Below, in pieces: positions 1 to 9,956 of a DNA stretch of 64,000 nucleotides; positions within the stretch are counted from its first letter, which is position 1, and every line of letters begins with the position of its first letter. A model generated the notes under the pieces. It was not told where the DNA came from. It ran no database searches and worked only from the letters and a program-made list of their open reading frames with translations. A program made the position numbers and the translations under genes. This DNA comes from an uncultured Verrucomicrobiae bacterium. GTDB taxonomy: Bacteria; Verrucomicrobiota; Verrucomicrobiia; Chthoniobacterales; Chthoniobacteraceae. Location: the NCBI GenBank assembly GCA_963769025.1, contig CAVYKI010000003.1, forward strand, positions 544,001-608,000, in the 5' to 3' direction.

Positions 1-464
1 GCCATGCGGCTCTCCATGTGGTGATTCGTGTTCTGGCATTGGAGCGCGACTTCGACGGCGATCTTCCCGTCGCGCGTGACTTCGAGCAGCCGCGGCTTCG
101 CGCCGGCTTCGGTGAGCATGATGTTGCCCTGTGCGGGAGGCTGCGCGGGCAAGAGCTGCGCGGTGTTCACCTCCGATTGCGTGCCTTTGAATTCGAAGAC
201 GATCCTGTTGTCGCGCGTGACCTCGACGACTGCGCCACCGGGGTAGGCTTTGCTCTTCGAGAGCGCGAGGAGGAGGTTGCCATTCGGCAGCACGAAGCCG
301 TCGCGCGTCGCGGCGGGATAACTCCAGAGCGGCTTGCCGTCGTTCGAGAGGATCGCGGTTTCGCTGCCGGCGATGAAGAAGGAGTGGGTGATTTTTTCCG
401 GAGCGGGCTCGGCGGCAAAGACTGCGGACGCGACGGCGAGGAGGGACAGGAGGGTTGTGCGCAT
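1..464 (-). CDS. Secreted beta-propeller-like protein (PQQ-like repeats); 3' end runs off the window
   Basis: Read by hand, not in the ORF track. ATG at 464 gives MRTTLLSLLAVASAVFA-AEPAPEKITHSFFIAGSETAILSNDGKPLWSYP...DGFVLPNGNLL...VVEVTRDNRIVFEF...LLEVTRDGKIAVE. Signal peptide and repeated xxEVTRDGK blades. Confidence 0.7.
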   Translation of the reverse strand, partial: MRTTLLSLLAVASAVFAAEPAPEKITHSFFIAGSETAILSNDGKPLWSYPAATRDGFVLPNGNLLLALSKSKAYPGGAVVEVTRDNRIVFEFKGTQSEVNTAQLLPAQPPAQGNIMLTEAGAKPRLLEVTRDGKIAVEVALQCQNTNHHMESRM

Positions 465-584
465 CGTGGCAGGCTGCCAGAGGGCTCCATGACTGTCATC
501 GTGGAAAAGGCCGGCGTGGCTCGCGCAGATTGAGTCGGCACCCCGCACCGATGTCTGCGCGGAGCGGAGATCGAAAGGAAGTGA

Positions 585-1991
585 CTACTTGAGCACCTCG
601 CGGATGGCCGTCTTCATCACCGCCTCGCTGCCGGGCGGTGTCCACGCCCAGTCGTTGAGATTGCTGTCCTTTTCCGCAAACGCGCGGTCGATCGGAATAT
701 AGCCGGGGCCGCATTCGCCGTAGCCCATCACCATCACGAAGGCATCGGGACGGAGTTCCTGCGCGAAGAGCTGGAACTCGACGTAGGCTTCCGCAGGCAG
801 GAGCAGGAGCACGTGCGCGGGATCGAATTCAATGGCAGGCACCTCGACGCGGTGGCCGCGCTTCACGCGCTCGTACCACGCGAGGCCCATCGCGGCCTCG
901 GCGCGCTCGAAGGGACGGACGCCAGTGGCCAGGCGTTTGCGGAGGAGCTCCTCGGTGTGGTTCGGCGTGTCGCGCGCGCCGAGCGGCATCAGCGCGAGCT
1001 TGAAGCCGGCGCCGGTCAGCGGTGTGCGCCGCGTGTTCGTCCAAGCATTTTCCATCGCGTCGTGGAGTCGTCCGGCGAGTGCAGGCCTGCTTTCGGGAGC
1101 GCCGGTGTTGTATTTTCCCGCGGTCACGTTTCCCGCGCAGCCGGTCGCGTAGATTTGCAGCACGTCAGGATGCGCCTTTTGCATCAGCGCGCGCGCATCG
1201 CCTGGAAAATCGGCCGACACTTTGCCCGCACCGTAGCTGCTCATCGGGTGCACCGCGTAGGTGTGCAGCGCGCAGACCGGCTTGTCGCCGTCCCAAAAAC
1301 TCAGCGTGCGCAGCCACGGGTCGATGGCGCCTTCGTCAGCGTCCTGCGCCTCCTTGTTAGTCGTGCGGCTCATGCGGCCGTACGACAAGGCGCCGGCGCT
1401 GGTGAAAAACCGGCGGTTGCTCGCGATGCGTTCCACTTTCGCCCGGCCCGCACCGAAGTGCGTGATGCGCGTCGCGTGCTTCAGGCTCTCGCGGATGGCG
1501 GCTGAGACTCGCACGATGCACTCGTCGTTGAAAGCCGGCTGGCAGACGGACGCGACTTGGATCGGCGCCTTCGGATCGGGCGGCGGGATGGCTTTCCACG
1601 CGCCGGTCGCCTCCATGTCGCGAAGCAATTTCTCGGCGTCCTCGTCCATGACCGGCGCGTCGTGGACATGAGTGGACGTGACGAGCACCCGCTGCGGCTC
1701 CGTCCCCGCGGCCTCAGCGAGCGCCCGCTTCCATTTGTCGAACGATGTCCCGCGGATTTCGCACCAGTCGAACGCGATCAACACGAAAGGCTTCTCCGCA
1801 CCCATCAGCACGAAGCCCTTCGCGAAGAGCGGGTCCGCGACCGACTTCGCGGGCGAGATCCCGCCGCCCATGCACGGGTGCCCGATCGGAATCGTCACAT
1901 CCACGGAAAAAGTGGCGATGCGGAATTCCGCGGCGGTTCCGGAGAGCGTGGCCACAAGTAGAAACAGAAGCGCGGAGAGTCGGAGGGGCAT
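585..1991 (-). CDS. Secreted neutral/alkaline ceramidase-like metallo-amidohydrolase
   Basis: Intact 468-aa ORF with signal peptide. Motifs DVTIP, DPL, STHVHDAP, YAVHP, SADFPG, GCAGNV, LPAE, GY are shared with the paralogs at 34515 and 42337. Confidence 0.75.
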   Translation of the reverse strand: MPLRLSALLFLLVATLSGTAAEFRIATFSVDVTIPIGHPCMGGGISPAKSVADPLFAKGFVLMGAEKPFVLIAFDWCEIRGTSFDKWKRALAEAAGTEPQRVLVTSTHVHDAPVMDEDAEKLLRDMEATGAWKAIPPPDPKAPIQVASVCQPAFNDECIVRVSAAIRESLKHATRITHFGAGRAKVERIASNRRFFTSAGALSYGRMSRTTNKEAQDADEGAIDPWLRTLSFWDGDKPVCALHTYAVHPMSSYGAGKVSADFPGDARALMQKAHPDVLQIYATGCAGNVTAGKYNTGAPESRPALAGRLHDAMENAWTNTRRTPLTGAGFKLALMPLGARDTPNHTEELLRKRLATGVRPFERAEAAMGLAWYERVKRGHRVEVPAIEFDPAHVLLLLPAEAYVEFQLFAQELRPDAFVMVMGYGECGPGYIPIDRAFAEKDSNLNDWAWTPPGSEAVMKTAIREVLK

Positions 1992-2047
1992 GGGAGTAAG
2001 CAGTCAGGGATACAACTCCCTTCGATGATCGATCTTATCGTGCGACA

Positions 2048-2076
2048 GGGACGCAGACACTCCTGTCCGCGGACAG
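2048..2076. repeat. REP-like intergenic palindrome
   Basis: GCAGACA-CTCC-TGTCCGC imperfect hairpin overlapping the perfect palindrome CTGTCCGCGGACAG (2063-2076). Confidence 0.4.
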
Positions 2077-2116
2077 CTTTCGCGCTCAGGATCGCCCGCG
2101 TTACGACGCAACCGCC

Positions 2117-2968
2117 CTACCGCGCTTCTGAAAGAAACCCCCGCAACGCACGCAGCACCGCCTCCGGAGAGTCTCGGTGAAGCTGATGGCCGATGCCGGG
2201 GAAGCGCACGCGGTGGCAGGAAGACAATGCCTGCACGACCTCGTCCGAATCAGCGTCGCTCATCACGCCGCCAGCCGCCGGGTCCGCCTGAAGCAGCAGC
2301 ACGGGGCATCGGACACGCGAGAGCACTTGCGCGACATCATAGCCGTCGAGCCAGCAACCCTCAATGAGGGGCGTGAGCACTTCCGGATCGACCATGGCGA
2401 GGCATTCCGCGCCCCAGAGCAGCGCCGCGCGGTCGCGCAGATCGCCGAGGCGTTTGAAAGTGCCGCCAGGCGCGGGCAGGCGGATCTCGGCGAGCGCGTC
2501 GGCCAATTCCTCAATCGTGCCGCCGCCCCGCACGGCGTCACGCGTTCCGGTGAACTGCGCGTGCCACGCGGTGGCCGCGAGGCGATTGCCCATTGTGTGA
2601 AAAGGAGGGTCCGCGAGGACGACGGCGCGCGCGAGTTGCGGCACTTCCGCCGCCACCGCAGCGGCGACCATCGCGCCGAGGGAATGGCCGAGAATGACGA
2701 GTGGCGCGGCGATCTTAGCGTGTACGAACTGCACCGCGTCCGACACGTAATCCATCACGCGATAGCTCCCCGCCCGATCCGATCCACCATGACCGCGGTG
2801 ATCGAGCGCGATGACGCGCCACTCGCGCGCGAGCTCAGGCAGGAGCGGCTCCCAATCGCGCCAGCAGCGGGTGACGCCGTGGAGCAACAGCAGAGTCGGA
2901 CCCGCAGCGGGGCCTTCGGCGTAGCGCAGCGCCGGCTTCCCGTCATAAACTCCCGTGGAAAAGTTCAC
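2117..2968 (-). CDS. Alpha/beta hydrolase
   Basis: LHG oxyanion motif, DHRGHGGS, nucleophile elbow GHSLG, C-terminal GH. The GTG start overlaps the upstream stop (GTGA). Confidence 0.9.
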   Translation of the reverse strand: MNFSTGVYDGKPALRYAEGPAAGPTLLLLHGVTRCWRDWEPLLPELAREWRVIALDHRGHGGSDRAGSYRVMDYVSDAVQFVHAKIAAPLVILGHSLGAMVAAAVAAEVPQLARAVVLADPPFHTMGNRLAATAWHAQFTGTRDAVRGGGTIEELADALAEIRLPAPGGTFKRLGDLRDRAALLWGAECLAMVDPEVLTPLIEGCWLDGYDVAQVLSRVRCPVLLLQADPAAGGVMSDADSDEVVQALSSCHRVRFPGIGHQLHRDSPEAVLRALRGFLSEAR

Positions 2969-3111
2969 TTCTCGCTCTTCACTGCGGTGAAAAACGGCTC
3001 TGCGAGTTGCCCGGCCTTGATGATGCCACGTCGCATCGCGGCGATGAATTTCTTCCGGTTCTCGGGCAGCCGGCCATTGGTGATACGCGTCGTGCCTTGG
3101 GGGATGTTCAT
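2965..3111 (-). CDS. Small basic hypothetical protein (48 aa)
   Basis: MNIPQGTTRITNGRLPENRKKFIAAMRRGIIKAGQLAEPFFTAVKSEK. Its TGA overlaps the GTG of the hydrolase, suggesting translational coupling. Confidence 0.5.
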   Translation of the reverse strand: MNIPQGTTRITNGRLPENRKKFIAAMRRGIIKAGQLAEPFFTAVKSEK

Positions 3112-3300
3112 GGCTGTGACCGAGTTGAGCTTATCAAGCAGCGGCTGGCCATCGCGATCGATTTCCTTTTTTGAAACGCACCGTGTTGAGCTGACAGGCG
3201 GAAGGGGCCCTTGGAAATTTTCCAAAGACGACCGACGGCGCAAGGTGTACCGAATAACGCGCGCTGCGGGAGCCTTCGGGGTTTCGCAGGCATTCCTCCG

Positions 3301-4767
3301 ATGAAAACGACCACCCCGCTGTGCCACGCCGGCCATTTCCATGGCATGACGCGGCGCACCGCGATCCAGGCGGGTGCCATCGGGCTGCTGGGGCTCGGGA
3401 TGAATCACATCGCGGGGCTGCGCGCGCTAGGTGCTTCGGTCGGCGGCCCGAAGGCCGAGGGGAAGGCGAAGTCGGTCATCTACATTTTCCTCTCGGGCGG
3501 GCTCGCGCAGCACGAGAGCTTTGACATGAAGCCGGACGCTCCGATCGAGGTGCGCGGCGAATTTAATCCGATTCGCACGAGCGTGCCGGGCATGCACATC
3601 TGCGAACATCTGCCGGAACTGGCGAAGCGCGCGCACAAGTTTGCGCTCGTGCGCTCGCTCACGCATCCGTCGAACGACCACTCGGCCGCGCACCATATCA
3701 TGCTCACCGGGCACAGTGAGCTGCCGCTCGGCTTCGACCCAAACAAGCCGAAGGAAAGCGACTACCCGAGCATCGCGGCGGTCGCGGGCGCGGTGCTGCC
3801 GCGGCGGAACAATCTCCCGCCGGCGATCGTGCTCCCGGAGAAATTGCGGCATCGCACGGGGCGCACGATTCCCGGGCAGTCCGCTGCGCAGTTGGGGAGG
3901 CAGCATGAGCCGTGGTTCCTGGAAATGTCGCCGTATCACCCGGCGGACTACGGCGCGTTTCCCGAGTATCTCTTTCATCATGAAAAGGGGAGCGCCACGG
4001 ACACGAGCCTCATCTACGAGGCGCCGCACCTCTCGCTCCCGCAGGGCCTGAGCACCGCGCGCGTGATGGATCGCGTGGCGCTGCGCGGCGAACTCGAGCG
4101 GCAGTCGGCGTTGGTCGAGGGCACTGTGGACGATCCCGGCCTCGACAAGTATCGCGACGCAGCGGTGTCGCTGATCACGAATGGAAAGGTCCACGATGCC
4201 TTCGACATCAGCCGCGCCGATCCGAAGTGGCTCGACCGTTACGGGCGCAACAGCTTCGGCTGGTCGCTGCTCATGGCGCGGCAGCTCCTGGAGGTCGGCG
4301 TGCGCCTCGTGCAGGTGAACCTCGGCAACAACGAGACGTGGGACACGCATCAGGCCGCATTTCCTAATCTGAAAAACTACCTTCTGCCGCCGATGGACCG
4401 CGCGGTGAGCGCGCTCATGGACGATCTCGAATCGCGCGGCCTGCTCTCGGAGACGCTCATCGTGATGGGCGGCGAATTTGGCCGCACTCCGCGCCTGTCG
4501 AAAATCTCCGGAGCACGGCTGCCGGGCCGTGATCATTGGGGCGCGAGCCAGACGGTGTTTCTCGCCGGCGGCGGCGTGCGCGGCGGGACGGTCATCGGCG
4601 CCACGGATCGCATCGGCGCGTATCCCTCGGAGTCGCCGCAGCGGCCCGAAAATCTCGCGGCGACGATCTACCAGGGCCTCGGCCTCCCGCGGACGGTCGA
4701 ATGGCACGACCCACTGGACCGCCCGCATTCGGTGTACGACGCGGAGCCGATTCCGGGGCTCACCTGA
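3301..4767 (+). CDS. DUF1501 family protein (twin-arginine N-terminus)
   Basis: TRRTAIQ, IYIFLSGGLAQHESFDMKPDAP, RYGRNSFG, LMARQLLEVGV, WDTH, GEFGRTP, GRDHW, AGGGVRGG. Intact. Confidence 0.92.
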   Translation: MKTTTPLCHAGHFHGMTRRTAIQAGAIGLLGLGMNHIAGLRALGASVGGPKAEGKAKSVIYIFLSGGLAQHESFDMKPDAPIEVRGEFNPIRTSVPGMHICEHLPELAKRAHKFALVRSLTHPSNDHSAAHHIMLTGHSELPLGFDPNKPKESDYPSIAAVAGAVLPRRNNLPPAIVLPEKLRHRTGRTIPGQSAAQLGRQHEPWFLEMSPYHPADYGAFPEYLFHHEKGSATDTSLIYEAPHLSLPQGLSTARVMDRVALRGELERQSALVEGTVDDPGLDKYRDAAVSLITNGKVHDAFDISRADPKWLDRYGRNSFGWSLLMARQLLEVGVRLVQVNLGNNETWDTHQAAFPNLKNYLLPPMDRAVSALMDDLESRGLLSETLIVMGGEFGRTPRLSKISGARLPGRDHWGASQTVFLAGGGVRGGTVIGATDRIGAYPSESPQRPENLAATIYQGLGLPRTVEWHDPLDRPHSVYDAEPIPGLT

Positions 4768-5062
4768 CGCCGAGAAAATGGCGGACGGGGTAAGGCGCTG
4801 TTCATCGCTGCAACGCGCGCGTAAGCGCCTGACCAAGATGCGAACTGCGGATCGTACGACAAACAGAACGCCCGTCGCGCACTGCTTCGCGCTGCGAGCG
4901 TTGTTTTGGAATCTGGCGGCACCCCGCGCCTTCCGGTTGCGGCCCGTCGTTGCTCCAAAGGCATCGTGCCGGCTAAGGAGCGCCGCCCATGGGGTTCATC
5001 TAGATCCTGTGATCCCCGAACGCAAATTTTCCGCCACCCTCCAGCACGCCGCCGAATCGTTC

Positions 5063-8000
5063 ATGCATCGGGTCCCGGCATGCGCGTCGGCTGCGCGGAT
5101 CGTCGCGCTGGTGTTCCTTTTCACCCTGCCCGCGCGCGCGGCGCTGAAACCTGCGGAGACCGCCGAGGCGATGCGGGTGCTGAAGACGAACTGCTTCTCC
5201 TGCCACAGTGACAACGAAAAAGAAGGGCGGGCTGGTGATGACCACGCGCGAGGCGCTCATGAAAGGCGGCGATGACGGCGCGGCGCTCACCGTCGGCAAA
5301 CCGGAGGAGAGCCCGCTCATTTCCTCGCTCGCCGCGGACGCTGACCCGCACATGCCGCCGAAGAAGCAGCTCACCGCCGCGCAGATCGAACTGCTGCGCC
5401 GCTGGGTGAAGGAAGGCGCGCCATGGGACGCGGCGGCGCTGAAGGACCGGCCGTCGGCACCTCGCACCGTCGCGCTCGCGACCGCTTCCGGCGGCGTATC
5501 GCCCGGCGCTCGCGCTTGCGCTTTCGCCCGATGCAAAGCGCCTCGCCGTCAGCTGCGGAAACGAAGTCGTGCTCTACGATGTGACGGCAAAGGAACCATC
5601 CGTCGTCGCCCGTGCGAGCGCGCACCTCGATCCGGTGCAGTCGCTCGTCTGGAGTCCGGACGGCAAATCGATCGCGACCGGTGCGTTTCGGCGGATCATT
5701 TTGTGGAATGGCGAATCGCTCGCACAGGAACGCGAGATCATCGGCGGGCTGACCGACCGGATCGCCGCGCTGCGGTTCCTGCCCGATGGAAAGCAGCTCG
5801 TCGCGGCGGATGGCCGCGTCTCGGAGGAGGGAACGGTCCGCATCATCGACATCGAGACCGGCGCGCAGGCCGCGTCGTGGGTCGCGCACGGTGACACCAT
5901 TTTCGACCTCGCGCTCAGCGCCGACGGCAAGCTGCTCGCCACCGCGGGCGGCGACAGGCTGGTGAAGATTTGGGACGTCGCGACGCGCAAGGAAATCGCA
6001 AAGCTGGAAGGCCACACCGCGCAGGTGCTCGCGGTCGCGTTCGACGAAAAGGCGGCTCAGCTCATCAGCGGCGGCGCGGACCAGCAGCTCAAACTGTGGG
6101 ACGTGAAGACGAGGGAGCGCATCAATTCCCTCGGCCGGCACACCAGCGCGGTCACGTCGCTAGCGTGGGTGAAAGGCGGGCCGACGATCGTTGCCGCAAC
6201 CGAAGGCGGTGAAGCCCTGCTTTACACCGACCTCCAGCCGCACAGCGGCGGCCAGTCCTCGGCATCTGCGAAAGAGCGGCGACTGCCCGGCGCGGACAGC
6301 GCCCTGCACAGCATCGCGGCGAGCGCCGATGGCATCCTCGTCTTCGCCGGCACGCAGGACGGACGGCTCCTCGCGTGGGACAAAGCCGGCAAACTCACTG
6401 CCACGATCGACGTGCGCGCCGGTAGGGCGGCTTCGCCGAAGCCGCCCACGCCATCGCCCGAAAGTCCCGGCGAGAGCGCCCCGCCCAGATCGCCGAGCTT
6501 CGTGCGCGACGTCCTGCCGATCCTCAGCAAGGCCGGATGCAACGCCGGCGCGTGCCACGCGAAGCCGGATGGCCAGAACGGATTTCATCTCACGGTCTTT
6601 TCCTACGATCCGCTCGCCGACCACCGGGAGATCACGCAGGAAGCGCGCGGACGCCGCGTCTTTCCCGCATCGCCGGATGAGAGCCTGCTGCTGCTCAAGT
6701 CCACGCTCGCCGTGCCGCACGAAGGCGGCGAGCGCATCGACAAAAACTCGGACGCCTACCGCACGCTCGTGCAGTGGATTCGCGGCGGCATGATGTATCG
6801 CGCGGAAGATGAGCCTTCGCTCGACCGTCTCACCGTCACGCCGCGCCGAGCGCACTTACAAAAAATCCGAGACGCAGCAGCTCACGGTAAAGGCGCATTA
6901 CTCGGACGGCTCGGTGCGCGACGTCACCGGGCTTGCGAGCTTCGAATCGAACGACAAGGAAGTCGCGCGCGTCACCGAGGATGGCCTCGTGCGCGTTGGC
7001 AACCTGAGCGGCCAAGGCGTGATCATCGCGCGCTACATGGGGCTCGTCAGCGACTCGCGGGTCAGCGTGCCCGCGGACAAACTGCTTCCCGAGGAAAAAT
7101 ACACCGGGCTGACCGTGAGAAATTTCATCGACGAGCATGCCTACGCGCAGTTCAGGCGCCTGGGCCTTTTCCCGTCGGAGCCGTGCAGCGATGCCGAGTT
7201 CCTGCGCCGCGCATCGCTCGACACCATCGGCGTGCTGCCGACTCCGGAAGAGGCCCGCGCCTTTCTCGCCGACACCGATCCGCAGAAGCGCGAGAAGCTC
7301 ATCGAGCGCCTGCTCGCGCATCCCGCTTAGGCGGATTTCTGGGCGAACAAATGGGCCGACCTGCTGCGCCCGAACACCGACCGCGCGGGCATCAAGAGCG
7401 TGTACGTGCTCGACCAGTGGCTGCGCGAGAGCTTCCGCGCGAACAAGCCGTACGACCAGTTCGTGCGCGACATCATCACCAGCGAGGGCAACACGCACCG
7501 CTTCGGCCCCGCGGTGATCTATCGCGACAAGCGCGAGCCGGCGGATTTCACCACGATGTTCAGCCAGCTCTTCCTCGGCGTGCGGCTCGACTGCGCGAAG
7601 TGCCATCATCATCCGAACGAAAAATGGGGGCAGGACGACTTCTACCGGTTCGCTGCGTTCTTCGGACCGATGAAGCAAAAAGGCGCCGGCATCTCCGCGC
7701 CGATCTCCGCGGGAAATGAGACGTTCTATTTTCGCTCCGGGAAAATCGGTGAAGCATCCGGTGACCGGCGAGGTGATGCAGCCGCAGCCGCCCGACGGCC
7801 CCGCGGTGAAAGGCGACGACACCACCGACCCGCGCCGCGCGCTCGCCGACTGGATGACCGATGCGAAGAATCCGTTCTTCGCCCGGGCCGCGGCGAACCG
7901 CGTGTGGGGCGCGTTCTTCGGCCGCGGCATCGTGGATCCGGTGGATGATTTCCGCATTTCGAATCCGCCGTCGAACCCCGCGCTGCTCGACGCGCTCGGG

Positions 8001-8610
8001 CAGGAATTCGTGCGGCAGAAATTCGACCTCAAGGCGCTGATGCGGACCATCCTGCGCTCGCAGCTCTACCAGCTCAGCGCCACGCCGAACGACACCAACC
8101 GCGCCGACACGCGCAATTTCTCCCGCGCGTACCGCCGCCGCCTGCCCGCCGAGTCGCTCGCCGATGCCATCGCCGACATCACCGGCGTGCCGGACAACTA
8201 TCGCCGGCATGCCGCCCGGCAGCCGCGCGATGCAGGCGTGGACCTACAAGATCGATTCGCAGACGATGGACGCCTTCAGCCGTCCGAACTCCAGCAGCGA
8301 CTGCCCGAGCGAACGCGACGCGAAGCCGAGCATCGTGCAGGCGCTGCACCTCATGAACTCCCGCGGCCTGCAGGAGAAGCTCGCGAGCAAGGCCGCGGCC
8401 GCCCGCGTGCATCGCCTCGCGGAGAGCCAGCTCCAACCCGGGGAAATCATCACCGAGCTCTACCTCGCCTGCTACTCGCGCAAGCCGGCCGACGATGAAC
8501 TGAAAATCGCCACCGCGGCTTTCACCGCCGAAGGCGCGACCCGTCGCACCGCGACCGAGGACGTCCTTTGGGCACTAATGAACTCCGCCGAGTTTGTATT
8601 TAATCACTGA
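5063..8610 (+). CDS. Fusion of planctomycete cytochrome c, WD40 propeller, Ig-like, DUF1549 and DUF1553 domains (frameshifted; one in-frame TAG)
   Basis: Rebuilt from ORFs 4478, 5208, 5569, 6809, 7400, 7716, 8164. Motifs CFSCH..KKGGL..MPP; WD repeats (SPDGK, LVKIWD, LEGH); [82 protein letters not shown]. Shifts near 5215, 5490, 6845, 7730, 8200; TAG at 7328-7330. Confidence 0.85.
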
Positions 8611-8614
8611 CCCC

Positions 8615-9953
8615 ATGACTTCCCTCCACCGCAACTGTGCCGGCATTACCCGTCGCGACTTCCTGCAAGTCGGGCTCGGGGGCACGCTCGGGCTCGGACT
8701 GTGCGACCTGCTGCGGATGCGCGCGTCGGCTGCGGCTTCGGCCCATTCGCCTGCGGCGAAGAAGGTGAACTGCATCATGATCTGGCTCGATGGCGGGCCG
8801 TCGCACTACGAGACGTTCGACCCGAAGCCGGATGCGCCGGCGGAGATTCGCGGGACTTTCAAAACGATCCCGACCTGCGTGCCGGGCGTGCATTTCTCCG
8901 AGCCGGTGCCGGAACTGGCGAAGGCGTTCGACAAGTTCACCGTCGTCCGCTCCATCGCGCACAAGGACCCGAACCACGGCGGCGGCAACCACTACATGAT
9001 GACCGGCGCGCCGACGCCGGTGCCGGTGGGCTGCGGCGCGTTCGTCACGTTTCACCCGTCATTCGGCTCGATGGTCTCCTACGACCGCGGCGTGCGCAGC
9101 GGGCTGCCGGCCTACATGGCGATGCCGTCGAATACGCGCACCGGCGGGCCGAATTTCCTCGGCGGCCAGCACGCGCCGTTCGTCATCGGCGGCGATCCGA
9201 ACTCGCAGGGCTTCCAAGTGCGCGATGTCGTCCTGCCAGCGGACATCGCCGAAGGCCGCGCACACACACGCCGCGATTTGCGCGCGTCGCTCGACCGCAT
9301 GCTGCGCTTCAACGACAAGGCCGACGGACGATCCGGCGGTGGTGTTCGACAAATTTTACCAGCAGGGATTCGACCTCGTGTCCTCGACGAAGGCGCAGGC
9401 GGCCTTCGACATCAGCCGCGAGGACGCGAAGATGCGCGACCGCTATGGGCGCAACGATTTCGGCCAGCGGATGCTGCTGGCGCGGCGGCTCGTCGAGGTC
9501 GGCGTGTCGTGGGTCACGGTGAACTACGGCGGCTGGGACGATCACCGGAAGCTCTTCGAGACCTACAAGGGCAAGCGCCTCGCGACTTTCGACCAGGGCC
9601 TCTCCGCGCTGCTCACGGATCTGCAGGAGCGCGGGCTGCTGGAGAACACGCTGGTGATCGCGCTCGGCGAGTTCGGCCGCACGCCGAAGATCAACAAGGA
9701 CGCAGGCCGCGACCATTGGCCTCACGCGATGTCGGTGCTGATGGCGGGCGCGGGAATCCCCGGCGGGCAGATCGTCGGCGCGACGGATGCGAAGGGCTAC
9801 CACGCCTCGGAGAACGTGTACCGGCCGGAGGATTTCGCCGCGTCGCTCTACACGAAGATGGGCATCGATCCGAACCAGGTGCTGCACACCACGACCGGCA
9901 GGCCGGTTCATCTCGTGAACGAGGGGCGGCTGATCAAGGAGCTGTTCGTCTAG
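8615..9953 (+). CDS. DUF1501 family protein (frameshift near 9325)
   Basis: CAGITRRDFLQ, IWLDGGPSHYETFDPKP, RYGRNDFGQRMLLARRLVEVGV, WDDH, GEFGRTP, GRDHW. Joins ORFs 8594 and 9225. Confidence 0.9.
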
Positions 9954-9956
9954 CGC

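Noticed and set aside
7328..7330. TAG recoding (alternative code or pyrrolysine)
   Set aside because: TAG is the normal stop of many genes here (9953, 13215, 16475, 32009, 44498), and this is a single instance.
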